Virus record (IMG/VR): IMGVR_UViG_3300020414_000008 | Location: 64,001-128,000 of that record | Direction: 5' to 3' (one strand) | From: a virus | Taxonomy: Duplodnaviria > Caudoviricetes | DNA: 64,000 nucleotides | Shown: positions 50,722-60,100 of the stretch, piece by piece | Numbering within the stretch: position 1 is the first letter of the stretch | How the letters are laid out: each line of letters opens with the position of its first letter | The notes under the pieces: model-generated | The model's input: only the letters and a program-made list of their open reading frames with translations | What the model was told of the DNA's origin: nothing | The model's database searches: none | Program-made: the position numbers and the translations under genes

Positions 50722-50904
50722 ATGCTGAAAGGTATCGGAGTGACTTGGACACCTAAATCCAAGAAAGTAAAGTTTGTAAAACAGAATGGTCAAGTGGTTA
50801 ACAGGGATGAATTAGTTGAAGCTCTTAATTACTGTCAATGGAGATTTGGTTATAGACATAAGGATTATTCTCAGGATGGTAGTACTCTTACTGTAGGTAT
50901 GTAG
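50722..50904 (+). CDS. Hypothetical protein
   Basis: ORF with AT-rich leader. Confidence 0.5.
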   Translation: MLKGIGVTWTPKSKKVKFVKQNGQVVNRDELVEALNYCQWRFGYRHKDYSQDGSTLTVGM

Positions 50905-50939
50905 TATTATATCTATACTTATATATAGAAAGGTTTATT

Positions 50940-51863
50940 ATGAGGTATTTTTATTTTAGTTTAGTTTTGTTTATTTCCCTGCTTTTTTCAGGGTGTGGTA
51001 GTCAGTGGTATGTGAGTACTACAAATCATGACCCTATGTATGACAGGTATATAGAGGTAGACAGTTCAGTTAAGATAGATACTATTAATTCTTTATTTCA
51101 TCTCAAGAGAAAACTCCGAACAGACTTCTCTTTCAGATGGGACTTCGCTCAGTATGCGATGACAAGACCCTATTCGTGGTATTTCAACAATCCAAGACTC
51201 GATGGTATATGGAGACCTTACAACAGATTTGATGTATGGTTTAACTCCCATCAGTTTTGGTACGATTGGGCATGGAACTATCCTTGGTATGGATACGACC
51301 ATCCATGGTGGGTTAGAAATCATAGATACTATAATTGGTATTATCCACATCCACAAGGTTGGTATGGTTGGAATCACTATCAGTACAGTTGGTACAATGA
51401 ACCTCTGATAGCAAGTAATAACAATTATTCTTTTGTAGTTGGTAGAAGGGGAAGTAGGTATAATGATTTTCTTAATGGTAACTCTAATATAGAACAAGAT
51501 ACTAATCGAAGAAGAGGTAACAGAGTATATCCTAATAAACCTAATAACAACAATACTATTAACAATGTTATCAGATGGAGTAATGATAATAATATTCGTA
51601 TTAATGTCAACTCAAATCCAAACCGTGTAGATAGTAATAATAATGTTGTTGTCCCAATCAAACCAAATAACAACATCAACAATTGGAATTCCAAACCAAG
51701 AGTACCAAACAACAACTTCAATAACGGAAGACCACCTGTTAATAACTTTAACAGTAACCCACCTGTTAACATCAGAAGTGGTGGTAACGTAGGTGGTAGT
51801 AGTAGAGGAAGTTCGTCAGGCGGTAGTTCTAGCTCATCAGTAGGTAGAAGAGGTGGAAACTAA
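50940..51863 (+). CDS. Bacteroidota-type lipoprotein with W/Y-rich core and N/G/S/R low-complexity tail
   Basis: FSGC lipobox; composition. Confidence 0.75.
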   Translation: MRYFYFSLVLFISLLFSGCGSQWYVSTTNHDPMYDRYIEVDSSVKIDTINSLFHLKRKLRTDFSFRWDFAQYAMTRPYSWYFNNPRLDGIWRPYNRFDVWFNSHQFWYDWAWNYPWYGYDHPWWVRNHRYYNWYYPHPQGWYGWNHYQYSWYNEPLIASNNNYSFVVGRRGSRYNDFLNGNSNIEQDTNRRRGNRVYPNKPNNNNTINNVIRWSNDNNIRINVNSNPNRVDSNNNVVVPIKPNNNINNWNSKPRVPNNNFNNGRPPVNNFNSNPPVNIRSGGNVGGSSRGSSSGGSSSSSVGRRGGN

Positions 51864-51864
51864 T

Positions 51865-51942
51865 TGTTAATAACTTGTTGATAAATTTAACATAAATTTA
51901 ACATTAAACATTTGGAAAAGTCATTTACTTTCACTATCTTTA
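51865..51942 (+). promoter_or_regulatory. DnaA-box-like pair followed by a TTTAACA-repeat promoter
   Basis: TGTTAATAA at 51865, TGTTGATAA at 51876, TTTAACA at 51886 and 51897, TTTG at 51911, TATCTTTA at 51935. Confidence 0.75.
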
Positions 51943-51965
51943 CTATGTAATAATGATTAATAGTA

Positions 51966-52151
51966 ATGATAAATAAAAATTATATGATGTATACAAAGTA
52001 CTCCCTCGATTGTTCTTATTTCGTAAATGAGTTCAAATCAATAAACGAATTAGTTGACTATGTAGTTGACAACGGGATGGACCCAAACTATGAGATTACT
52101 GCTAACGGTAATCCTACAGGTGAAATGGTAATCGATTTAATTCAATTTTAA
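51966..52151 (+). CDS. Small early hypothetical protein
   Basis: First ORF behind the promoter. Confidence 0.55.
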   Translation: MINKNYMMYTKYSLDCSYFVNEFKSINELVDYVVDNGMDPNYEITANGNPTGEMVIDLIQF

Positions 52152-52152
52152 T

Positions 52153-52371
52153 ATGAGACAATTTAGTATAGGACAAAAAGTAATGTTCGAAGATAAGTGG
52201 GGTAGACTTAATGATGGTATTATCTCAGAGTTAAACAAACCATTCCCAACTGTAAATGACGATGGTGATGTAGTTGATATGTATCTCACAGTAGTACAAT
52301 CGGATATGGGACTTGGTGGTGAACCATCAAATGTAGCAATTAGTAATGAACAAATATTAACAGTAGTATGA
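52153..52371 (+). CDS. Small SH3-like hypothetical protein
   Basis: FSIGQKVMF...G.I. Confidence 0.55.
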   Translation: MRQFSIGQKVMFEDKWGRLNDGIISELNKPFPTVNDDGDVVDMYLTVVQSDMGLGGEPSNVAISNEQILTVV

Positions 52372-52565
52372 TAAACTTAAGTATTAGTGACCCAATAGAT
52401 GGGAACAATAAGATAGGTGAACTTCGTAACCATATAGGTAAAGACTATTATGGGAACAACAAACTCCTATCTGTAAGTAAGGATGGTAACGTATGTATCG
52501 TTCTTCGTGATGGTAAGAAAGTTAGTGAACCAAGTTGGATAACTTGGAATCGATTCTTTTATTAA
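52368..52565 (+). CDS. Hypothetical protein
   Basis: Coupled ORF. Confidence 0.5.
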   Translation: MINLSISDPIDGNNKIGELRNHIGKDYYGNNKLLSVSKDGNVCIVLRDGKKVSEPSWITWNRFFY

Positions 52566-52576
52566 AATTAAAAATT

Positions 52577-52750
52577 ATGATTAAGACAATTAAAAATTAT
52601 GTATTGACCAAACTCTTTGCCGAATGGGTAAAAGAGGAACAAGATGTTTCGAAACTCGTAATGGTGAAACAACTGATTCAAAAACATCAAGATGAGTTAA
52701 CGGGATACAAACCTGTTATCGGTTTCAAACAACATAGGATTGACGGGTAA
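52577..52750 (+). CDS. Hypothetical protein
   Basis: A-rich leader; ends VIGFKQ. Confidence 0.5.
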   Translation: MIKTIKNYVLTKLFAEWVKEEQDVSKLVMVKQLIQKHQDELTGYKPVIGFKQHRIDG

Positions 52751-52762
52751 CAGATAAACGAT

Positions 52763-53230
52763 ATGAATAAAACAGTTACAAAGATTAAAAGTCTGTTGAA
52801 ACAGGCTCAAGACCTCGCTCAAGATGAGTTGGGACTTGAAAACATTTTCTACAATGAACGATTTGTCGAACTTATGATTGCAAATGAATTGGGTCATGAG
52901 TACGGTAACAACACACAGGGTGGTGACGCATGGGACCCTGTCAAAAAGAAACCTGTCGAGTATAAAGCAATAAACTTGAGGAGTAAAGGTAAAGGTACAT
53001 TTCAGTTTCATTGGTTATCAGAGAACAAGATTAACCAATATAGTCAAACTGAAGATATGTACTTTTGTATTAGGGATGGTGTTCAAATCAAAGAGATATA
53101 CAGAGTACCAACCAAAACAGTTATACCTTACCTAAAGGAAAAGTCAACAGGTGGTAAGAGTATCCACGGACATTGGGGTACTAACAAAGATAAATTAATT
53201 AATGAGTTGAACGCAACTAAAGTTATATGA
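52763..53230 (+). CDS. PvuII-like type II restriction endonuclease
   Basis: 155 aa; QDLA..LG.ENIF, GGDAWD, EYKAIN, IRDG.QIKEIYRV parallel PvuII QDLA..HGINDIF, GNDAVD, ELKSIN, YRGIAIEAIYRL (compared from memory). Confidence 0.7.
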   Translation: MNKTVTKIKSLLKQAQDLAQDELGLENIFYNERFVELMIANELGHEYGNNTQGGDAWDPVKKKPVEYKAINLRSKGKGTFQFHWLSENKINQYSQTEDMYFCIRDGVQIKEIYRVPTKTVIPYLKEKSTGGKSIHGHWGTNKDKLINELNATKVI

Positions 53231-53364
53231 TAAAGGTAGTAATAGGAACATTAGTCGTTATATGGTTGTGGATTGTATATGAAATGCATATCGCACCCGA
53301 GGTTGATGAACACGGTAATAGAATACCCGATGACAAAAAGAGAAAAGGTAAAACTCGTAAATAG
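53227..53364 (+). CDS. 45-aa single-TM peptide, absent from the ORF track
   Basis: MIKVVIGTLVVIWLWIVYEM...; ATGA overlap. Confidence 0.5.
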   Translation: MIKVVIGTLVVIWLWIVYEMHIAPEVDEHGNRIPDDKKRKGKTRK

Positions 53365-53875
53365 GTTACGGAAAACAAAAAGGAACTTTAAAGAAAGTTC
53401 TGACTTCCAAGAATTCTTAATAGATTGTTATCTATTTCTTGGTCCATCTGCATACGGTAGTCGTATTGAGAAAAGGTGGATAAAAGAAATGGGTTACAAA
53501 AAAATGTCTACATATAATCGTGGAGATTATATGGATGGTGACGAGTATGTGGAGTTCAAAGCATCGTATGAATCATTCGATAGATATACATTCTTACACA
53601 TAAGACCACATGAAGATGTTGACAGGTATGACCTATTTACAGTAGATAAAAAATTTAAACACAACGTATATAGTATACCAAAAGAAAAAATAGGAGACTT
53701 CATTTACAACAAAAAATTATTGAGTGGTGTTTGTAATGGAACTTCTGAAGCAAACGAAAACAATCAAACGGTTGAATACAGGTTCACTATCAAGAAAAAC
53801 CAATTGGAATTGTTGGAACCCTATTTAACTACAGGAAAAAAAATGAAAAAAACATACGAAAAGTTTTGGAAATAA
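53330..53875 (+). CDS. PD-(D/E)XK restriction-endonuclease-like protein
   Basis: YG..IEK, RGD......VEFKAS, F.HIRP; start uncertain. Confidence 0.6.
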   Translation: MTKREKVKLVNRLRKTKRNFKESSDFQEFLIDCYLFLGPSAYGSRIEKRWIKEMGYKKMSTYNRGDYMDGDEYVEFKASYESFDRYTFLHIRPHEDVDRYDLFTVDKKFKHNVYSIPKEKIGDFIYNKKLLSGVCNGTSEANENNQTVEYRFTIKKNQLELLEPYLTTGKKMKKTYEKFWK

Positions 53876-54067
53876 CAAATAAATTTCGTATATTATGTCT
53901 AAACAATTAAATATGAAAGACGTGCTAATACACTTATTGACTGCTGTTAAACTTGATTTTAAACGTAGGTGTGAACAAAACACCGATGAAGAATCACGAG
54001 ATACATACGGTAAGTGGCACGGAATCATTGAAGATATGATTAACACAATAGAATCAGGTGGAGTAAA

Positions 54068-54865
54068 ATGAATAGAGTAGATAGTCAATACCAAGATATC
54101 ATTCACAACATTTTAGAGTTCGGTGAAGAACGTCAGGACCGAACAGGTACAGGAACGTTATCGTTTTTTGGTGGTTCCTTCAGACATTGTATGTGTGATG
54201 GGTTCCCTGTACTTACCACTAAGAAGATGCCTTTGAAAACTGTTGCTACAGAACTCAAATGGTTTCTGAAAGGTCGTACCGATATCCAATACTTGTGGGA
54301 TAATAACTGTCATATATGGGATGGTGACTACAAGAAGAGTGGAAGGACCGATGGAGAACTTGGACCAATCTATGGAAAACAATGGAGAGATTGGAACGGT
54401 ATAGACCAACTGACAGAGTTATTATATACGTTAAAAGAAAACCCACATGGAAGGCGACATCTTGTCAACGCTTGGAATGTAGAGGACCTACATCTTATGA
54501 CACTACCACCTTGTCATTACGGATTCCAATGTTACGTTAGTAACGACAACAAGTTATCTCTCTTATGGAACCAAAGAAGCGTTGATGCTTTCCTTGGGTT
54601 ACCTTTTAACATTTCTTCTTATGGTATGTTATTGATGATACTATGTAAAGAAACAGGATATGAGCCAGGTAATCTGATTGGTAACTTCGGTGATGTACAC
54701 CTGTACAAGAACCACTTACCACAAGCAAAAGAAATCGTAAAACGAGTTGGATATGAATTACCTACTATGGATATCACAAGTTCAGATATCCTCAACGGTG
54801 AGTTTGAATTCAAACTAAATAATTATCAATCACACAAAACACTAAAAGCAAAATTAAGTAACTAA
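54068..54865 (+). CDS. thyA: Thymidylate synthase
   Basis: DRTGTGT, ELKWFL.G, LGPIYGKQWR, LPPCH, QRSVD.FLGLPFN, GDVHLY.NH. Confidence 0.97.
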   Translation: MNRVDSQYQDIIHNILEFGEERQDRTGTGTLSFFGGSFRHCMCDGFPVLTTKKMPLKTVATELKWFLKGRTDIQYLWDNNCHIWDGDYKKSGRTDGELGPIYGKQWRDWNGIDQLTELLYTLKENPHGRRHLVNAWNVEDLHLMTLPPCHYGFQCYVSNDNKLSLLWNQRSVDAFLGLPFNISSYGMLLMILCKETGYEPGNLIGNFGDVHLYKNHLPQAKEIVKRVGYELPTMDITSSDILNGEFEFKLNNYQSHKTLKAKLSN

Positions 54866-54866
54866 T

Positions 54867-55085
54867 ATGGATTTAGATAAAATGTTACCACAAGAGAATC
54901 AAGAGATGGATGTAAACTATACTCTTGATTTTACAGATGGAGTTTCCCAATACCTAAAAGGGAACAAAAGATTAGAAGGTGAATCTTATAGTGACTATAG
55001 GATTCGACTCAAGAACGAGAAGAAGATTTTAAAATTGTACCTAAGGGGAAGACCTGTACAAGAAGAACCTAATTACGATTATTAA
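54867..55085 (+). CDS. Hypothetical protein
   Basis: RLEGESYSDYRIR motif. Confidence 0.55.
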   Translation: MDLDKMLPQENQEMDVNYTLDFTDGVSQYLKGNKRLEGESYSDYRIRLKNEKKILKLYLRGRPVQEEPNYDY

Positions 55086-55417
55086 TATGATACACAGAGC
55101 ACCGATGACAGAAGAAGATATGAAATACAGACAGGGTCGTAGTAAACGACAATACAACAATAGTTACTTCGGAATAAAAGCATCCGCAGTACTACTTGGA
55201 ATTACCCTGTTAGGTTATTTACTTTTTAAATACTTTGAATCATGAGTATATCAAACGAAGAACACATTGAAGAAATCTTATACGAAGCACACGCTTACGG
55301 ATTCAGAGAAGAGTTGTTTAAGTTAGTAAAGGATTACGAAATGGAATATCCAAAGATGAGTCAGTTGGATAGATATCAAAAAGGTTATGAAAAATTAATT
55401 ACAAAATATAATGAACT

Positions 55418-55615
55418 ATGAAAACAATTAAATTATTTTGGGACACATATTACCCAATCATTTTAGCATTCGTATCATTCCTTTATTCAGTATCACTATG
55501 GTTTAGTGGTCAGAAGTTAGAAGGAATTTTTGTTGGTATATGGGTACCATCTATCCTAGCGTTCTCAATCGCTATAAGACAAAGGAGAAACGATTTATTA
55601 AAAAATAAGAAATGA
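55418..55615 (+). CDS. Small two-TM membrane protein
   Basis: GIFVGIWVPSIL. Confidence 0.65.
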   Translation: MKTIKLFWDTYYPIILAFVSFLYSVSLWFSGQKLEGIFVGIWVPSILAFSIAIRQRRNDLLKNKK

Positions 55616-55824
55616 GTTCACCAGCACCATTAGGAATGTTCATCATAGGATTCATAATCTTCGCACTTTATATGTGGGGATTGTTGACTATGATATACAG
55701 GGGACATAAACAACAAAGAGAGGAGTTTAAGAATGACCCTGAGATACAAGAGTATTATAGAAAGTTAGAAGTTAAAGACCGAAGAAAGAAAAGAGTTAAA
55801 AAAAATGAAAGACAAAAAGTATAA
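55612..55824 (+). CDS. Single-TM protein
   Basis: Hydrophobic N-terminus, basic tail. Confidence 0.55.
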   Translation: MSSPAPLGMFIIGFIIFALYMWGLLTMIYRGHKQQREEFKNDPEIQEYYRKLEVKDRRKKRVKKNERQKV

Positions 55825-56275
55825 AGTTATGTTAGTCAGTGGTGGGTTTGACCCTGTCCACAAAGGTCACCTCGAGATGATTGAAAAAGCACAAGAGATG
55901 GCAGAAGAAGTTTGGGTAATCCTTAATAATGATTTTTGGTTAAAACAAAAGAAAGGTAAACCCTTTATGAAAGAAAGAGAAAGGGAATATATCATGTCCC
56001 GTGTTAAGGGTGTAACAAAAACATTTGTATGTAACCCAAGAAGTGCAACTGATAAAACAGTTTGTGATGGAATCTATTCTGCTGTTAACACATTCCGTAG
56101 AGAGTATGATGAACCACTATCTATGGCTTTCGGTAACGGTGGTGATAGAGGTAAAGGAAATATTCCTGAGGAAGACTATTGTAATTCTATGGGAGTAGAT
56201 ATGGTATGGGGATTAGGTGACAAAGTACAATCGTCAAGTTGGTTAATCGAAAAAGCGTTAAATAGTGCAGTATAA
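55805..56275 (+). CDS. Cytidylyltransferase-like (HxGH) nucleotidyltransferase
   Basis: SGGFDPVHKGH, F.NGGDR, K.QSSS. Confidence 0.88.
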   Translation: MKDKKYKVMLVSGGFDPVHKGHLEMIEKAQEMAEEVWVILNNDFWLKQKKGKPFMKEREREYIMSRVKGVTKTFVCNPRSATDKTVCDGIYSAVNTFRREYDEPLSMAFGNGGDRGKGNIPEEDYCNSMGVDMVWGLGDKVQSSSWLIEKALNSAV

Positions 56276-56424
56276 GGAACAAGAACATATCGTAAAGAAT
56301 CTCAAACAGATTGCAGAACTGTGTGAGTCGGATTGTCCTATGATGGCAGCTGAGAGATTGAAATGGTTAATCGATGAGATAGAATTAAGACCACTAATAA
56401 AACCTTGGTGGAAATTTTGGTAAT

Positions 56425-56997
56425 ATGAAAACGTTTATAGAAATAGGTTCGTGTGATTTCAATACATTGAATCACTTACACTATGATGGATGGAGAGGAG
56501 TAATAGTAGAACCTGTTATTGAGTACTTAGATAATTTAGAGAAACATCCAAGTATTAACTATGTAAACGCCGCAGTAGATACACAAGATGGTGAACGTGA
56601 GTTGTGGATGTGTCCACAAGAATATCAAAAGGTGAGTAGAGATTATAGAGGGATGTCTTCTTTTCATAGAGACATTCATCACGGTAGTGTGGTAGGAGAG
56701 CAAGTATTGAATGACAAAGGTAAACCTGTTCATACGGAATCACGAAGTGTGAAGACAATAACATGGAATACGTTAGTAGAAACATTTAATATAAATGAAG
56801 TAGACTATTTAAAGATAGATACGGAAGGACACGATTGGGAGATACTAAAGAGTATTGACCTAAACAAGATTAAACCAAAAGTAATTAAGATAGAACATAA
56901 ACATAGTGGTAAGTGGAGAGAGATTAATACTTACTTGATGGAGCACGGATATCACACCGAGACGTTCTATTATGATATAATGGGATTTGTAAAATGA
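56425..56997 (+). CDS. FkbM-family methyltransferase
   Basis: FIEIG, GWRG..VEP, LKIDTEGHD..IL. Confidence 0.88.
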   Translation: MKTFIEIGSCDFNTLNHLHYDGWRGVIVEPVIEYLDNLEKHPSINYVNAAVDTQDGERELWMCPQEYQKVSRDYRGMSSFHRDIHHGSVVGEQVLNDKGKPVHTESRSVKTITWNTLVETFNINEVDYLKIDTEGHDWEILKSIDLNKIKPKVIKIEHKHSGKWREINTYLMEHGYHTETFYYDIMGFVK

Positions 56998-57287
56998 AAG
57001 ACACAAATTTTGCGGACATGAATTATTTCTACGGAGTCATCCAATTCATCAGGGGGGAACAAGTAGAAGAACGACCCTTCAAAGTATCAGACGATAATCT
57101 ACGGTCATACTACTTAGACTATCCTAAGGTATACAGTAATGAGACTAAGTTCCATAGGTTAGAAGAAAAAGAATTAAGTGAAATAATTAAAGAGTGGTTC
57201 GTTAACTCTCAGGATTGTCCACCCGATATGTGGGACAGAGAAAGAATAGAGTTCATGACACACTCAGAGTATAAGAACAAACTATGA
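56994..57287 (+). CDS. Hypothetical protein
   Basis: Coupled ORF. Confidence 0.5.
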   Translation: MKDTNFADMNYFYGVIQFIRGEQVEERPFKVSDDNLRSYYLDYPKVYSNETKFHRLEEKELSEIIKEWFVNSQDCPPDMWDRERIEFMTHSEYKNKL

Positions 57288-57502
57288 CAGTATTTCAATA
57301 TATATCATTATACATTATGTTAGGTTGTGTAAACAATCTAATCATTATGTTAATACTTGACTATGTAGATAGGAAGGGTGGGTTGACGGAAAGGTTTCAC
57401 CCCACAACCGAACAAGTTGTTTGGGGATTGATTCTCTGGCCCGTAACGGGTTGGATATTTTGGTCCGAGTTTTTCAAGACATGGTGGAAGAATAACCAAT
57501 GA
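57284..57502 (+). CDS. Small membrane protein
   Basis: Two hydrophobic segments, LWP motif. Confidence 0.55.
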   Translation: MTVFQYISLYIMLGCVNNLIIMLILDYVDRKGGLTERFHPTTEQVVWGLILWPVTGWIFWSEFFKTWWKNNQ

Positions 57503-57574
57503 TAAGCAGTAAGCAAATAAGCAGTAAGAAACGCAAGTTTCTAAACACACACGAAATTTTTTTAAATTACACAT

Positions 57575-57898
57575 ATGAAATATAAAAAACTGAATAAGAA
57601 ACGCGCCCTCGAAAAGATAGGTGGAACGTCCCTGAAGGATAGATTAAATGGATGGTCTTACAAACAATTAGTTCAAGCGTTTGGTGACCCAACATTTCCC
57701 GAAACTAATGGTGATGGGAAGATTAATAAAGAATGGGTGTTCGAAAGAAACGATGGTGAGATATTCACCGTGTACGATTGGAAGAAGGGTGATAGTGATT
57801 TCACCACGAACTTTAATACTACTTGGAACATTGGTAGTAAAGTATACGCGGGTGAATTTGTCACTGAGATGATAACCCAATTAAAGAAAAAGAATTAA
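57575..57898 (+). CDS. Hypothetical phage protein (FGDP...DGK...EW...FTVYDWK...WNIG)
   Basis: Motif-rich ORF. Confidence 0.65.
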   Translation: MKYKKLNKKRALEKIGGTSLKDRLNGWSYKQLVQAFGDPTFPETNGDGKINKEWVFERNDGEIFTVYDWKKGDSDFTTNFNTTWNIGSKVYAGEFVTEMITQLKKKN

Positions 57899-58057
57899 TG
57901 AATAGATTAACAAAACACATTGAAGAATGGATTGAAGGTAAATCATACGAAGACTTAGTTAATGAGTTAGTAGATTTAAAAGTTCACGGAGAGAATACTC
58001 AAGAGAACAAACTTTGGATTCAAAAGATTCAACAACGACTATCTGATATATCAAGTA

Positions 58058-59533
58058 GTGACTAAAAAGATAAACAAAATATTTGTACTATCCGTAAAAG
58101 GAAACTACAATGATATTGGAAATCGATTAGACGAATTAGACCTATCTTACGAGGTACCCTATGAAGTTGTCGATGGTATCATTGGTAGAGAAACCGATAT
58201 GGAATACTCCGAGTACCCATGGACATTAACTGAAATGAATCCATGGAACGAGTGGTGGGAACGTCCAATGTTAGATGGTGAAGTTGGATGTGCATTAGGT
58301 CACTACAATATGTGGAAACAGGCGTATGAAGAGGGACATGAAGTATGTATGTTCTTAGAAGAAGACTTCAAAGGTGTCAAGTCACTATTCGACCTCGGTA
58401 TGATTCCCAACGATATTGATGGTTTATATTTAGGTAGAAGACGAGTACCAAATCACGAATGGTTATATGATGGACCTGAACAAAACTATAACGACAATTG
58501 GGTACATCCACAATACAGTTACAACGCTCACGCATACATACTAACAAGAGAAGGATTAAGAAAACTATTGTATGATTATGATTTCATAAACAATCTAATG
58601 CCACTCGATGAGTTTTTGATATCAACAATAAATCTACATCCACGAAAAGATATCAGGGAGTTTATCAAACCAACACTAAAGTTTATTGCTCCACCAACCA
58701 ATGAAGACAATTGGATAAACCAAACATCCGTTGATATCGAATCGGGTAATGAATATGGTACCTCACTAACTGAGGATATAACACGATTAGAACGAAGTAT
58801 TAAATTTGATATGGTTTATGTCATTACATTAGATACAAGTAACGAGAACGTAGAAAGATTAATCAACAGAGTAAAAGAATTAGGTTTACCAAATGATGTT
58901 CCAATAAGAATATGGAGAGGGACAAATGGTAAGGAAGAGTTTGATACGATTGAAAAGAGAGAACAAATGGGTATCAAGTTCTATGATGATTGGAAGATAG
59001 AAAGTGGTAACAATTGGTGGACAAGACCTGTAACTGTTGGTGAAGCAGGTGGTGTACATTCTCATATTAGAATATGGGAAGACGTAGTTGAAAGAGAATA
59101 TAATAACGTATTAATATTAGAAGATGATTTTAATCCAACACAAAGGTTTCATTGGAATACCTTTGATGAATTAAAAGATTACGATTGGGATTTAGTATTC
59201 CTATCAAGACTTTTGATTGAAGGAAAGGATACTAATGTAGGATTAGAGAATTGGGTCAAACCAAGTTATTCATATCAAACCCATTGTTATGTTTTAAACT
59301 ATGAAGGAGCAAAGAAATTAGTAGAAACAAATGTACCAACACTAAAACAAAATATAATAGTATCAGATGAGTTCTTACCTGCCACATACACAACTCATCC
59401 AAGAGAAGACATTAGGAAAATGTTTATTCAAAACATGAATGTCTTAGCTCTTAAATCAAACCCTGTTATCCAAGACAGGTATGAAGCGGCAAACAATTCA
59501 CAGACATCCCCAATCGAGGGAATAGATTTCTAA
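58058..59533 (+). CDS. Tandem double GT25 glycosyltransferase (COLGALT-like)
   Basis: Two repeats of GE.G...H..W, LE[ED]DF, YSY..H.Y.L..G..KL, DEFL, HPR.DIR. Confidence 0.88.
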   Translation: MTKKINKIFVLSVKGNYNDIGNRLDELDLSYEVPYEVVDGIIGRETDMEYSEYPWTLTEMNPWNEWWERPMLDGEVGCALGHYNMWKQAYEEGHEVCMFLEEDFKGVKSLFDLGMIPNDIDGLYLGRRRVPNHEWLYDGPEQNYNDNWVHPQYSYNAHAYILTREGLRKLLYDYDFINNLMPLDEFLISTINLHPRKDIREFIKPTLKFIAPPTNEDNWINQTSVDIESGNEYGTSLTEDITRLERSIKFDMVYVITLDTSNENVERLINRVKELGLPNDVPIRIWRGTNGKEEFDTIEKREQMGIKFYDDWKIESGNNWWTRPVTVGEAGGVHSHIRIWEDVVEREYNNVLILEDDFNPTQRFHWNTFDELKDYDWDLVFLSRLLIEGKDTNVGLENWVKPSYSYQTHCYVLNYEGAKKLVETNVPTLKQNIIVSDEFLPATYTTHPREDIRKMFIQNMNVLALKSNPVIQDRYEAANNSQTSPIEGIDF

Positions 59534-59538
59534 GGAAT

Positions 59539-59612
59539 GGACCCGTAGCTCAGTTGGATAGAGCATCTGCCTTCTAAGCAGACGGTCACAGGTTCGAATC
59601 CTGTCGGGTTCA
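59539..59612 (+). tRNA. tRNA-Arg(UCU)
   Basis: Acceptor GGACCCG/CGGGTTC, anticodon loop CTTCTAA, TTCGAAT T-loop; CCA not encoded. Confidence 0.96.
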
Positions 59613-59671
59613 CAATTTATTAAATATATTTTAATATTTATATAATAGTTAACTAAATAAAAACAATTGTT

Positions 59672-59941
59672 ATGAGTAAAGTTTCAAGAAGATTATACCA
59701 AGCCGTAGAGGCAAAGTATACAGCAGATATCATGGACGCAAAAGCAAGACTATCAGTCTACTTTGAGAATCCTGTAGCTATTGGGGAACACCCACAACAC
59801 ACAGAAGAAATCGACAAACTTATCGGACAACTTGAAAGTGCAACAGGAAAGTTAGAAACACTTTCTGAGTACTTTGGAAAAGAATACGGTCACGATATCC
59901 CTGTATCTGAATCAGACGAAAAAGAAATCTTAAAAGGATAA
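59672..59941 (+). CDS. Phage protein with PVAIGEHPQ motif
   Basis: Helical hairpin protein; motif recalled from T4-like phages. Confidence 0.7.
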   Translation: MSKVSRRLYQAVEAKYTADIMDAKARLSVYFENPVAIGEHPQHTEEIDKLIGQLESATGKLETLSEYFGKEYGHDIPVSESDEKEILKG

Positions 59942-59948
59942 ATTCGTA

Positions 59949-60022
59949 GGGGATATAGCTCAGATGGCTAGAGCACTACGCTTGCACCGTAGGGGTCGTG
60001 AGTTCGAGTCTCACTATCTCCA
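59949..60022 (+). tRNA. tRNA-Ala(UGC)
   Basis: Acceptor GGGGATA/TATCTCC with G3:U70, anticodon loop CTTGCAC. Confidence 0.96.
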
Positions 60023-60100
60023 CTATGTTTGTTTGTTTTTGTACATACTTATTATTGATATAAGTGTCTATATAAAAACGTTTTAAAAGGAGAAAGTATT

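Noticed and set aside
54068-54865. ThyA as a dCMP/dUMP hydroxymethylase
   Set aside because: Canonical ThyA motifs including the dUMP-specifying PFN Asn are intact.
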